Source: Eledone cirrhosa (Eukaryota). From it: a stretch of DNA of 64,000 bases. A program made the position numbers and the translations under genes. Location: NCBI GenBank assembly GCA_964016885.1, contig OZ024747.1:47616001-47680000 (forward strand), given 5' to 3'. Below, one piece after another: positions 25,269 to 37,600 of this stretch (positions are counted from its first letter, which is position 1; each line of letters starts with the position of its first letter). Under the pieces are notes generated by a model, which was not told the origin of the DNA, made no database searches, and was given only the letters and a program-made list of their open reading frames with translations.

Positions 25269-25768
25269 CTTAACCGTTTGGCTTTCATTTCACCCTCTGC
25301 CAGGGATTTCTCCTCCATCATCTTTAGCTGTGTCTTTCTTTGTTTTCTCCTTCCTCTCCTTCCACATTCAATTCCATCACTCCTCTCACCTTTTATCTTT
25401 CCACAACACTTAATCCAACCATCTCATTTCATTTCTCTTCATAACATTCATCACTGGTTCTATTCCTATCTCCCTTCATGGCTGTATATTTTCTAGACAG
25501 AACAACCATCTCCAGCGACTTTCCCTGATGCCTTCTTGTAAAGAAGAGTCAATTAATTGAGATGTGCATTTTATTTGATTTGTAGAAATGTAATAATTAA
25601 TATAAAAGATTTATCAATTGTTAAGGGCACCTCGCTAACCCTTGCTTTAGTAGAAAGAGTGGCCTTTAGACATTTGTTGTATATGATTTTTAAAATTACT
25701 TAAAGCTAATTGAGAAAGAAAAAGCTTTCAGTTTTTTTCAAAATTTGTTATTTATATTTTTTATACAG

Positions 25769-25811
25769 GTCGAATCAGAATACATAGGCTTATATGTTAG
25801 GGTGGATGCTG
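25769..25811 (+). CDS. Host exon 7 (VESEYIGLYVRVDA)
   Basis: atacag|GTC...GCTG|gtaaa; 43 nt; supplies the required 0-to-1 phase change; paralogous to exon 17. Confidence 0.7.
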
Positions 25812-26134
25812 GTAAATATATATATATTTTTTTTTATCATTAGAAATTTGATTTACAATATAAATTCTATACAACATTTCTTTAACTTATGACTCATTAT
25901 AAAATTGAAAAATATATTCGCCACAATGCAGATAACTATATCAAAAGTTGATAACTATAGTTAATAGTTGAATAAATTGGCTAAATTACCCTTGGAGAGA
26001 GAAAAAAGTAGACAGAGATCCCTACAAGATATGTGTGGTTTGTTTCCCCTACAAGTGTCTTTGCCTACATTTTTCCATCTCCAAAAGTACTTCACCCAAT
26101 TTACTCAACTATTATCTATAATTATCAACTATTA

Positions 26135-26320
26135 TTTGGCAGTATCGGAAGAGGGTCTGACGCCATGCTTTACAGCAAAGAGTTACGGTCCCTTATGGTC
26201 TAAGTTCAAATCCCACCGAGGCTAACTTTGCCTTTCATCCTTAAGGGGTCGATAAAATAAAGCACCAGTAATACACTGGGATAATTGCTGGCCTTGTGCC
26301 AAAAGTAGAAACAATTATTA
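26135..26320 (+). mobile_element. tRNA-derived SINE (Meta-like core)
   Basis: A and B boxes, core, and tail GTGCCAAAAGTAGAAACAATTATTA. Confidence 0.8.
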
Positions 26321-26344
26321 TAGTTAGCTTCATATCATTTCATT

Positions 26345-26675
26345 TCATTTCATTTTACGTCCGCTTTTCCCTGCTTGCAAGGGTGGGCGGGAACTGATTC
26401 TGGCTTGATTTCTACAGCTGGATGCCCTTCCTAACACCAACCTTATTTACAGTGAGTGCTGGGTGCTTTTTTGCCGTGGCACCTCCACGACCACTTTGCA
26501 GTGGAATGATAGGGACCCCAGTCCCTATCATCTCATTTCTACAGCTGAGTAAACTGGAGCAATGTGAAATAAAATGTCTTGCTCAAGGAAACAACACATC
26601 ACCCGGTCTGAGAATTGAACTCACAACCTTTCGATTGCAAGGCCAATGCTCTAACCACTAAGCCATGTGCCTCCA
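26345..26675 (-). mobile_element. tRNA-headed SINE with RTE-like 3' tail
   Basis: Minus strand head GGAGGCACATGGCTTAGTGGTTAGAGC..GAGTTCAATTCTC. The tail shares GTGTTAGGAAGGGCATCCAGC..GACGTAAAA with the RTE 3' UTR. A second copy lies at ~62965-63272. Confidence 0.7.
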
Positions 26676-26751
26676 TATATTTTCAAATATAATTTGTATA
26701 TTCTGCTGTAATGGAACCATTTAAAATTAAACTACAAATATTTTCAAACAT

Positions 26752-26940
26752 TGATTGGCAGTATCGGTAGAGGGTCGGATGCCATGCTTTCCAGCATAGT
26801 TACGTCCCTTTACGATCTGAGTTCAAATCCCGCCAAGGTTGACTTTGCCTTTCATCCTTACGGGGTCGATAAAATAAAGTACCAGTAATGCACTGGGTAA
26901 TTTCTGACCTTGTGCCTAAAGTAGAAACAATTATTAATAA
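26752..26940 (+). mobile_element. tRNA-derived SINE (Meta-like core)
   Basis: TGGCAGTATCGGTAGAG..GAGTTCAAATCCCGCC..GCCTTTCATCCTTACGGGGTCGATAAAATAAAGTACCAG. Confidence 0.82.
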
Positions 26941-26962
26941 GTTCATTTTGTATTTATTTAAG

Positions 26963-27060
26963 GGAAACTCTTAAAGACTTCATTACAAAAGCTTGAGGAT
27001 AATTTTCAATATCACGCAGAAATTGTATTGCCAAAAGATCAAAGCAGCGAAGAAATAAAG
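26963..27060 (+). CDS. Host exon 8 (GKLLKTSLQKLEDNFQYHAEIVLPKDQSSEEIK)
   Basis: tttaag|GG...AAG|gtgag; phase 1-0. Confidence 0.8.
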
Positions 27061-27132
27061 GTGAGTTAGAATATACATAATTTCTTTTTATAAAGTGTGG
27101 TGTACTCATGCACGGTGTTGCTATAAATAGCT

Positions 27133-27296
27133 TATAAAATAGGGCGAAGACCCTTAAAGATGAAAAAAGAAGTTGCCATCAGCCGCTGTGAGGAATCGAA
27201 CCCCATATCTCCAAGTCAGTAACTGAGGTTTGATTCCTCATAGTAGTCAATAGCAAAGTCTTTTTCCATCTTTAAGCATCTTCACCCTATTTTATA
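27133..27296. repeat. Imperfect ~160-bp palindrome (foldback)
   Basis: ATAAAATAGGGCGAAGA..GAGGAATCGAACC pairs with GGTTTGATTCCTC..TCTTCACCCTATTTTAT. Confidence 0.75.
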
Positions 27297-27835
27297 GCAT
27301 CTCAGTGCATGTACACACTGTTCTTTTTTTATTTATGTTTATCCCATTGGTGCCTCAGAGCCTGAGAGATCAGCTATATGTATATATATATATATATATC
27401 AACTAGAAATTGATTGACATATATATATATCTAAAATAAACATATGAAACAATCACAGATATTTCATTAAAGAAATATATTTGACCATCAATCGATCAGT
27501 AAACCACAGTAGACAGTAGCCAAATCCCGTATTTTCAACAAGCGAGAAATGCTCGGATCTATTTATTAGAATCTTGGAGCATATTCTACAGTGGATATGG
27601 CGCATGTCTCTCTGACATGACACCCTTAATTTAATTTAGTGTGTATATATATATATATATATTATAAATATCCTAAATTAAGATAAATTTGTGCCATACT
27701 TAAATTAACAAACATTAATTTTGTTTTTAATGAGACCAAGTGCATGATAATCAAATGTCTACAATAAAATAAACATTCTGTATATGATGACTGATTTTGA
27801 ATGCATTCTAATAAAAGAAATTTCATCTCATTTAG

Positions 27836-27941
27836 GTATTTTATGATGAAAACAAAAACTTGGTCAGGTTTGATGTAAATAAAGATATCTGTCAAGGCTT
27901 ATGCAATGGACCTTCAAAAATTGTGCAAGATTTTACAGGAG
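27836..27941 (+). CDS. Host exon 9 (VFYDENKNLVRFD...IVQDFTG)
   Basis: tttag|GTA...GGAG|gtaag; phase 0-1; YD..N.L.R.D / I.DF.TG ependymin/LolA-like motif. Confidence 0.85.
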
Positions 27942-28415
27942 GTAAGTTTCTATATGGCAAGTGTCATAAATTAGCATTTGCATGCATGGGACTTTAACTC
28001 ATTGAAGTGTTGTAGAGGTCTTTTAAATCTGATGGAGCCCATCTCTCTCCAAGTCTTAACACAGCCAATTTCTTCTTGAGAAGAGAGAATGAGTGCTAGA
28101 GAAAGGTAGTAAGAAAGAGATACAGAGGAAGAATCAGCCCCAATACTGGACTGTTATTTCATTAATTGATTGGGTGAAAGGCAAAGTTGACCTCGGTGGG
28201 ATTTGAACTCAGACTGTACAGAAGTGGCACAGATACCATGAGCATTCTATCTGACGTTCTAATGATTCAATTAATTAATTTCATTGGCAATTAGATGATG
28301 GCAAACTATGATTTTAATGGTGTTTTATTTCTTGAGTTTGGCTCTTTCTCCCTTTAAAGTCAAAAATATATTTTTTAAATATGCAAATATCATCAAATCT
28401 AGGAATATATACCTA

Positions 28416-28480
<65 letters not shown>

Positions 28481-29036
28481 ACAACAGACTGGAAGATATG
28501 CTTTAAAATTTTAATTCCATGAAATTACAATACATATGTCGATGGCCCAGCGCCATCATCCAAATATGATGCAAGACAGGACAATCTTATCAGGCAACTT
28601 TGACAGAATTACATAACAAGTTTACATTGAACCCAAACTTATCATGGAAGATAGCGAAAAGAGAATAGAAAATTGAAAAATGAAAATTCAATTCAGGGAT
28701 TGCCTATAAAAAAAATTGTTCTATTGTGAGGCAGCCACCAATTCATTGCAACTCCTGGCAGAAAGAGCAGTGCAAAATAAAGTGTCTTGCTCAAGGACAT
28801 AATGCATTACCTGGTCTGGGAATCAAACTTGCAACCTCACAATTGTGAATCCAATTCACTAATCATTAAGCCATGTGTCTTCACAATGAGTATGATGTAA
28901 GTGAGAAGACTTTTACTATAAAGAGACAACAGTGCTAAATAAAATGTTACTAACAAAATATTTAATATTTCTTTAATCAATATTTTAATGTGATAATCAT
29001 GGTAGCTTTTCCTTTTATCTATTCACTTATTTAAAG

Positions 29037-29179
29037 GTATTATCTATGTAATGAACAAAATTACAGGGACCTGTCAAATTCAACCTTTTGTTAACACATT
29101 TGCTACTGATTCCAACAATAAAATGAAAACTAGCGCACAGATCTTCTTTTTAGATAACTCATATACATATGTTGGCCAA
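29037..29179 (+). CDS. Host exon 10 (GIIYVMNKITGTCQIQP...YTYVGQ)
   Basis: ttaaag|GT...CAA|gtaag; phase 1-0. Confidence 0.87.
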
Positions 29180-29605
29180 GTAAGTATTATCAGTTTTATT
29201 ACAATTACTTTTTATTATGTATTATATTTAGTTAATAATAAAGTAGATTAGATAAACCCTGGACCACTATTGGTGAAATCAATACTGAAGTAAGTAATAT
29301 ATATTACTTCATAAAATCAAGAAGTCAAACTTCACCACAACTAATGCACTGTTGAATTATGCTATTCAAGGTATATTCTTCTAGCATAGAAGACAGTTTG
29401 TTCTCATTCTAGGCATACTCCTTTTAGTTACTCACACTTTTCTGTTGAACAGCTGAAGTAAGGAAGGCATCTAATTATAAAAAAACATGTTCTCAACAAT
29501 TTACATAAAAAAATTCAAATTTTCAAACACATCTTAATCATTATAGCATAGAAAAATATAAGTTATGCTTTATAAATAAACATTGGCGCATCGAGTTAGT
29601 TGAAA

Positions 29606-29891
29606 TGTTTAGAAATGTAGAAAATCTCAACTGCCAGAAATTAGCTGTGAACACAGCTTTAGATAAATCGGGTAAAATACCCCTGTAGATGGAAAAAGTG
29701 TCAGCAGTCATTACACAGGATCGGATTCTTTACCTCTCAAATTTGACATCCGGAATTTGAGAAGTACAAAGTTTGAGTCTCCCTAGCAGCTGTTGGCCAC
29801 TTTTTCCATCAATAGGGGTATTTTAACTTATTTTCTAAAGCTGTGCTCACAGCTATTTTCCAACATTTCATATTTTCTACATTTCTAAACA
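29606..29891. mobile_element. MITE-like foldback element with ~100-bp imperfect inverted arms
   Basis: TGTTTAGAAATGTAGAAAAT..GATGGAAAAAGTG pairs with CACTTTTTCCATC..ATTTTCTACATTTCTAAACA. Confidence 0.7.
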
Positions 29892-30142
29892 TGAGTTGTA
29901 TTGTTTTAGAATATTCTAATAGATAAAAAGCAACATTTAGAAATTAAGTTTTTAAATATTGCAGTGGTTCACATCATATATAATACAATGTTTTAAGTAT
30001 TTCAAAGCCCTTTTTTTTCTTGCTAAAGCAGAAGTTAACCTTGCAGGCTCCATTAACCTTTATGATGTGTGGTCAATTGTCACACTTGGTGGTGAATTGA
30101 TGGTCGTCTTCCTTTTTGTTACATGTAATATCTTTATAGTGC

Positions 30143-30351
30143 CTCATTTGCTGTTATTACATGTGATATCCTTACAGTCTCCCATTTACTGTTATAACAT
30201 GTAATATCCTTACAGTATCCCATTTACTGTTATTAAATGTAATATCCTTACAGTGTTTCATCTATTCTTATTACATGTAATGTCCTTTTAGTGTCTCACC
30301 TACTCTTATTATATGTCATATCCTTACACTGCCTCATCTATTGTTATTACA
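30143..30351 (+). repeat. ~38-bp degenerate minisatellite, ~5.5 copies
   Basis: CATTTACTGTTATTACATGTAATATCCTTACAGT-type unit repeated. Confidence 0.85.
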
Positions 30352-30715
30352 ATTCTATTACTGTCAATACAATGGTTTTTGTTCCTACTAACCAAGAATT
30401 TACTTTCTAACATAGTTACCATCCCACACTCTAAGCTTATATGCTAACACTTTTTCAAATCTTTTCCTCTCAACATTGGAGACTGGTACTCCTTACTCTG
30501 TATGAATAATATGAACTTTTTATAAGCAATATTACAAAATGGAATATCTATTCTTATTATAACATATTTATTGTTGCATTTTTCTTAAAGAAAAATTCCC
30601 AATAGAAATTCAAGTATATATTTTTCTTTTAATCCAATGCACTCCAATAAACAAATAGAATTTTTTTTATTAATTTAATTATAAAGAAAAAAATATTTTT
30701 CCCTCTATCCTGCAG

Positions 30716-30802
30716 CAACATGTTCGAGGTATGTTAACAAATATCTTTGAAGGCCATGTGGCACAATGGAATGATGACCTCTTCCGTTACTACTTTCTAG
30801 AT
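30716..30802 (+). CDS. Host exon 11 (QHVRGMLTNIFEGHVAQWNDDLFRYYFLD)
   Basis: ctgcag|CAA...GAT|gtaag; phase 0-0. Confidence 0.87.
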
Positions 30803-31099
30803 GTAAGTGGAGATCTTAATAAAATTATTCTATGATAACAGTTGTAAAGAGCTAATTAATCAAATTATATTTTAAATTTGACACTAAATGATATTTTGAG
30901 ATATATCGAAATGTGAACTTGATTTTATATGTCAATAACTAAATAAAAAATTGAAAGTGTAATTATTGATTTTAAGATATTACTGAAAATTATGTCCAAT
31001 AACTACTTTTACACAATTAAGAAAAACAGAAGGGAGGTACATGTAAAAGCCAAACTTGCTATCTTCAGTTCAGTATTCATGCCAATCCTTAGCTGAGTA

Positions 31100-31490
31100 A
31101 TGACTGAAAGAATATACAAGTGGCTGAAATGGGGTTCCTCCAAAGGATCTTTGGAGTAATGTTACTTGATAGAGTGCATAGCTGAAAGATCAGGTAGTCA
31201 CTCCAAATAGAGCTGCTACTTCTCCAAATTGAGAGATCACAGCTCTGATACTACAGACATGTGGTTAGAATGTCTCAGGAAAAAATTGCTGGACAGATTT
31301 TATGGGCAAAACCAACTGGCAGGAAACCCTGGAGTAGACCCTGAGCAAGATGGCTGGATAACATCCATGAGCTTGGTTGGTCTCACTTGGAGATCCAGTC
31401 GGATCAATAGGATACAGTTGCTCCTGACAAGAGCTGCTGAAAGAAATGCTTAAGGAATCTGCCCCCAACGACCCTCCCAGGAATAAGTGG
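31100..31490 (+). mobile_element. Old RTE-type LINE 3' remnant
   Basis: Degenerate translation WAKPTGRKPWSRP*ARWLDNIHELGWSHLEI resembles the RTE C-terminus (G.RPRGRP..RW.D). Confidence 0.45.
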
Positions 31491-31599
31491 GTAAAGAAGA
31501 AAAAGAAAAAGAAGTGTATTGAATACTAAATATTTTGTGATTAATTTGACTGATATTTCCATAAAATCAATAGAAATAGCATATATTCTCAACCAACAA

Positions 31600-31950
31600 C
31601 AACTATTGTCATAGCACTGCCAGACCAACAATTTCTGTAAGTTGTCCATAGTCACTGAGCTGAAAGCCATCCTCAAAAGACTGTGCTGTTGATTTTCATT
31701 GAGGCCTAGTATCTCCTTGCAAACATTGTCATTTTTTACCACCACTAATTTTCTATACAATGCAAGGATTTACATAAAATTAATCACATGGTCTGTCTGG
31801 CTGAAACTTTTTAAGACCACCTTCAGTCACAAACATCCATGGAATTTGCACCTAGAAAGTTCCCTTCTGAGGCACATGTCCAGGCATGGTTGTTTGTAGA
31901 AGACCAACAGTCACCCATACATTACCAGTCTCCCTGCTCCATTCCAGCAA
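31600..31950 (-). mobile_element. Old Tx1-like ORF2 remnant
   Basis: CKEILGLNE..AFSSVTMDNLQKLLVWQCY aligns with LGEALGMEE..TFGPGPMDNFQKFLAWQCY of the element at 1-4785. Confidence 0.7.
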
Positions 31951-32406
31951 TGTCATTCAAAGAAAAGGCATGAACTGATACAACTTGGCACTGGTGACAT
32001 TGCAACTCATTTCTACAGCCTAGTGAACTGAAGCAATATGAAATAAATCCAATGCTCTAACCACTAAGCCATGCACCTATGGTTGAAACTATAATCACCA
32101 AATCTTGGTATTTGCTTGACCCACAACTACATTTTCTTCTTATTATTTTTCTTCTTCTTTTTATTTTTATTTTTATTTTTCTTCTTCTTCTTCTTCTTCT
32201 TCTTCTTCTTCTTCGCCCACTTATTACAGAAATAATATCAAAATCTCATAGATTCAATATTATGTGAGGCAAAGCCTTTACCGTGAAAATATAATAGTAT
32301 AAATAGAGTTATGTAAATGCTAAGGGAGTCAGTAATTTCAAATTGTATTTGTTTACAGGAAAATTGGAATGGTAGTCCAGTAATTTCAAATTGTATTTGT
32401 TTACAG

Positions 32407-32469
32407 GAAAATTGGAATGGTAGTCAAATGGTGCCAGTGAGAGTGGAAATATCATCAAATGTTGATAAT
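32407..32469 (+). CDS. Host exon 12 (ENWNGSQMVPVRVEISSNVDN); alternative in-frame acceptor at 32359
   Basis: ttacag|GAA...AAT|gtaag; phase 0-0; the acceptor is duplicated 48 nt upstream. Confidence 0.83.
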
Positions 32470-32505
32470 GTAAGTTAAGTTATTTTTATATCTAAATATA
32501 TATAT

Positions 32506-34470
32506 CATCATCATCATCATCATCATCATCGTTTAACGTCCATCTTCCACGCTTGCATGGGTTTGTAGGGGAATTTTCCCACTTGAGGCAAGATTGGTTG
32601 TCTTGCTTGTATAGGACTGTCTGGTGGCTTTTCTACGGCTGGATGCCCTTCCTAACACCAACCACGTTTACAGTGTGAAACTGGGAACTTTTTACCGTGT
32701 TACCTACACGGCCACATTACAGCGTGGACTGTGTGTTTTTTGTCGTGACACCTACACGACCTCATTTGTTTCGAACTGGATGTTGTGGTACCAACATAAC
32801 TTTACATTGAAAGGGGTGGTGTGGATGGGGTGGGGGTAGTGGGACGGGGGTGTATTTTTGTTAGAGGTGCCTACTGACTGTAGGTCTCACTTTGTACTTA
32901 GGCAAGGCGGGTCTTCTGTATTACTGTGTAGCGCCAAAGATCTCGGTCCAGTGACATTCTCTTGGAGAGGTGTAAGTGTGTGAGGTCGGAATTTATCAAG
33001 TCGTCCCAGGTTTTTCTGGGTTTGCCTACTCCGTGGCTACCGTTTATTTTTATCGCCCTGCACTTTTTTATACAGCTGTCGTCTTTCATGCGCCTCACGT
33101 GACCATACCAACGTAGTCTTCTCTCGAGTAAACAACATCTGATCCCTCTTATTCCTAATTTCTCCCTTAGTTCATTTATGCTTTGCCGTTCACGTATATT
33201 ACTATTACACATCCAGCGGAGCATGCAAGCTTTGTTCCTCTCCAGTCTGTGTATATCCTCTGCACACAATGCCCAGGTCTCACTGCCATGTAACATTGCT
33301 GTTTGTATGCAGGCATCATACAGCCTGCCTTTCATTTTTAGAGAGAACCCTTTAGCGACCAATAGTGATATAAGCTCTCTGAACTTTTTCCATCCCGTTC
33401 TGACTCTAGCTACTGTACTTTCAGAGCACCCTCCACCACTGCTGATTTTGTCACCCAGGTAACGGAAGGTGTCTACTATTTCTATACAACCGTCTGTGCA
33501 ATGGTATGAGCTAGTATTCTGTGGGTACTTGCTGCTACTTATTGCACCAGAGCACCGGCCACATATAAAATCTATATTCTTAGTTAGCTTACCTGTGATC
33601 CCACTACATCTTTTATGCACCCATACTTTGCATTTGGAACAAAAGATGGAGTTTCTACCTACTCTTTTCCTACACACTGAGCATAGCCATTTCCCAGATG
33701 GGACCGGTGCCCTATTTTCCTTCCTACAAACTAGAACTTTAGTCTAAGACAGGTTAATTTTAAGGCCTTTAGATTCTAGGCCATGCTTCCATGTTTGGAA
33801 TTTCTTCTCTAGTTCAGCCATTGATTCAGCTATGAGCGTTAGATCATCTGCGTATAGGAGTTCCCATGAGCAGCCGGTCTTGAACTCCTCTGTTATAGCC
33901 TGAAGGGCAATAATAAATAGTAGGGGGTTAAGAACGGAGCCCTGATGAACACCAACTTTTATGCTAAACTCTTCACTATATTCGTTGTTAATTCTAACCT
34001 TGCTGACTCTTTCTTTATACATGGCTTGTATAGCTCTCACAAGCCATTCATCAACACCTAGTTTTCTAAGAGCCCACCAGATAATGGAGCGGGGAACTTT
34101 GCCAAAGGCTTTCTCCAAGTCAACAAAAGCTAAGTATAGGGGTTTACTTTTAGCTAGGTACTTCTCCTGTAGTTGCCGTACAATGAAAAGAGCGTCTGTG
34201 GTACTTTTACCTGACACAAACCCGAACTGCATTTCATCTAGATCAATTCGCTCTCTAATTAGTTGCACTATTACTTTTTCTGTGACCTTCATGATCTGGT
34301 CGATTAATTTAATGCCTCTATAGTTACCCCTATCTAGGGCATCTCCTTTACTCTTGTAGCAGTTAATGATGATGCTGCTACGCCAGTCCTTCGGAACGAC
34401 CCCATTCTGTATGACTTGGTTTACTATCCGGGTGACTATAGTGTGTCCCACCGTTCCAGATGCTTTCAGC

Positions 34471-34471
<1 letters not shown>
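32506..34471 (-). mobile_element. RTE LINE family A, 5'-truncated
   Basis: ORFs 33744-34472 and 32898-33677; (CAT)n tail; 5' end abuts (TA)n. Confidence 0.93.
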
Positions 34472-34544
<73 letters not shown>

Positions 34545-34609
34545 TTAATATAGATGAGATTCTACAGGACTAGAACTGTTTCATTCTTTAGAAATCATCA
34601 GCAAATAAC

Positions 34610-37600
34610 CGAATAACCGACAGCGACTACTTAATTATTGCTGGCGATCTAAACGGTCATGTTGGACAACATAGTGATGGCTATGATGGAATCCATGGAG
34701 GCTATGGGGTTGGAAATAGAAATGAGGAGGGCTTCAGAATCCTGGAATTCTGTGACGCTAATAACCTATCTGTAACACAAACTTCAAAAAACGAGAAAAC
34801 CACTTGGTCACCTATAGATCAGGGGAGCACGCCAGCCAGATAGATTATATCCTTACTAGAAGACAGGACAAAGTGTCTTTTGTAAACACTAAATCCCCCC
34901 CCCCCCCGTGAAGAATGGACCTCCCAACATAGCCTAGTAGTTGACCTCATAGTCAGGACGAGATGTACTCGATGACAGAAGAGGCCTACCTTGAGCAGAA
35001 GAATATAGAAGTTGAAGGACCCCATAGCCAGTGACAAATTTAAAAGCTTATTATTTGATACCTTTGACAATAAGGAAGAGCAATTAGAGACGTGCAATAT
35101 AGAGGAACAGTGGCAACTCTTAAAAGTGAACCTGCTGAAAGCAACGGATGAAATCTGTGGCTCTAGCAGACCTATTGGCAGGAGGAGAGTAACTTGGTGG
35201 TGGAACAGTAAGGTGGAGGAGACAATCAAGGCCAAAAAGCAGGCTTGGAAAGTATGGCAGGATGGGGGAAGTAGAGAGCACTATCAAGTGGCCAGGATAG
35301 AAGCAAGGAGACAAGTGTACCTTGCAAAAAGGGAAGCAGAGGATAGAAAGTTCAAGCATGTTCTACAATGCGAGGACCAAAAACGTGAAGTGTTCAGGAT
35401 TGCTAGACAATGTATCAAGGAAAACCGTGATATTGTCGGGGAGAAGTGTGTCCGTAATGATAACGGTGTACTTGCTCTCACTGATACTGATAAGAAGATA
35501 GCCTGGAAGTGTCACTATGAGAGACTATTAAATGAGGAGAGTAAATGGGAAAAAAATAGGCTGACCCAAATCGATCCAATCGAAGAACCAGCGGTGCAAG
35601 TTAAAGGTAATATAATAAGTAAGGCAATCAAAGATATGAAGATAGACAAGACAGCTGGGCCTTCGGAGATAGTTGCTGAGATGTTGAAGGCATCTGGAAT
35701 GCTGGGGCATACTATGGTCACCCGTATAGTTAACCAAGTAATAAAGACTGGCGTAGCAGCATCATCATTAACTGCTACAAGGGTAAAGGAGATGCTCTAG
35801 ATAGAGGAAACTATAGAGGCATTAAGTTAGTTGACCAGGTCATGAAGGTCACAGAAAGAGTTATGGCGCAACTAATCAGAGAGCGAATTGATCTAGATGA
35901 AATGCAGTTTGGGTTTGTGTCAGGTAAAAGTACCACAGACGCTCTTTTCCTTGTACGACAAGTACCTAGCTAAAAGTAAACCCCTCTACTTAGCTTTTCT
36001 AGACCTGAAGAAAGCCTTTGACAGAGTCCCCTGCTCCATTATCTGGTGGGCACTTAGAAAAATAGGTGTAGATGAATGGCTTGTGAGAGCTATAGAAGCT
36101 ATGTATAAAGAAACAGTCAGTAAGGTTAGAATTAACAATGAATATAGTGAAGAATTTAGTGTAAAAGTTGGTATTCATCAAGGCTCTATCCTTAGCCCCC
36201 TCCTATTTATTATTGCCCTTCAGGCTATAACAGAGGAGTTCAAGACCGGCTGCCCATGGGAACTCCTATACGCAGATGATCTAACGTTCATAGCTGAATC
36301 AATGGCTGAACTAGAGAAGAAATTCCAAACATGGAAGCATGGCCTAGAATCAAAAGGCCTTAAAGTTAACTTGTCTAAGACTAAAGTTTTAGTTTGTAGA
36401 AAGGAAAATAGGGCACAGGTGCCTTCAGGGAAATGGCCATGCTCAGTGTGTAGGAAAGGAGTAGGCAGAAATTCCATTTTATGTCCCAAATACAAAGTAT
36501 GGGTACATAAAAGATGAAGTGGGATCACAGGTAAACTATCTAAGAACGTAGACTTTATATGTGGCCGATGCTCAGGTGCAATAAGTAGCAAGTTTCTACA
36601 GGATACTAGCTCCTTCTATTGCCCAGATGGTTCTATAGAAATAGTAGATACTTTCCGTTACCTGGGTGACGAAATCAGTAGTGGTGGAGGGTGTTCTGAA
36701 AGTACAGTAGCCAGAGTCAGAACGGGATGGAAAAAGTTCAGAGAGCTTATACCGCTGTTGGCCACAAAAGGTTTCTCTCTAAAAATGAAAGGCAGATTGT
36801 ATGATGCTTGTATACTAACAGCAATGCTACATGGCAGTGAGACATGGGCACTGTGTGCAGAGGACCTGCACAGACTGGAAAGGAATGAAGCATGCATGCT
36901 CCGTTGGATGTGTAATAGTAATATACGTGAACGGCAAAGCATAAATGAACTAAGTGAGAAATTAGTAATAAGAGGGATCAGATGCTGTTTACTCGAGAGA
37001 AGACTACGTTGGTATGGTCATGTGATGCGCATGAAAGATGAGAGCTGTATAAAAAAGTGCAGGGCGATAAAAATTGATGGTAGTTACGGAGCAGGTAGAC
37101 CCAGAAAAAACTGGGATGATCTGATAAATTCCGACCTTACTCACTTGCACCTCTCTAAGACAATGTCACTGGACCGAGATCTTTGGCGCTACACAGTAAT
37201 AGAGAAGACCCGCCTTGCCTATGTACAAAGCAATACCTACAGTCAGTAGGCATCTCTTAACCAAATATACACCCCAATCCACTACCCCTACCCTATCCTC
37301 CAACTCCCACCAACACCACCCTCTCTCTGTAAAGTTGGTACCACAACATCCAGTCCAAATAAATGAGATAATGAGATCGAGATTGTGTAGGTGTCACAAC
37401 AAAAAACACACAGTCCACGCTGTAATGTAGCCGTGTAGGTAGCACGGTAAAAAGTTCCCAGTTCCACACTGATAATGTGGTTGGTATTAGGAAGGGCATC
37501 CAGCCATAGAAAACCTGCCAGATAGTCCTATATGAGCGAGACACAGTCACCCGACCAACCTTGCCTCAAGTGGGACAACTCCCGTCTAACCCATGCTAGT

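Noticed and set aside
24970-25496. Cys/His-rich repeat proteins
   Set aside because: Translations of the 14-bp minisatellite in all three frames.
26752-26840. tRNA genes
   Set aside because: The A and B boxes belong to multi-copy SINE heads that continue into a shared core; no full cloverleaf.
28525-28565. Additional hammerhead remnant (minus strand GAUGA-UGGC..GCCA-UCGAC-AUAU-GUA)
   Set aside because: Both core boxes are broken; too degenerate to support.
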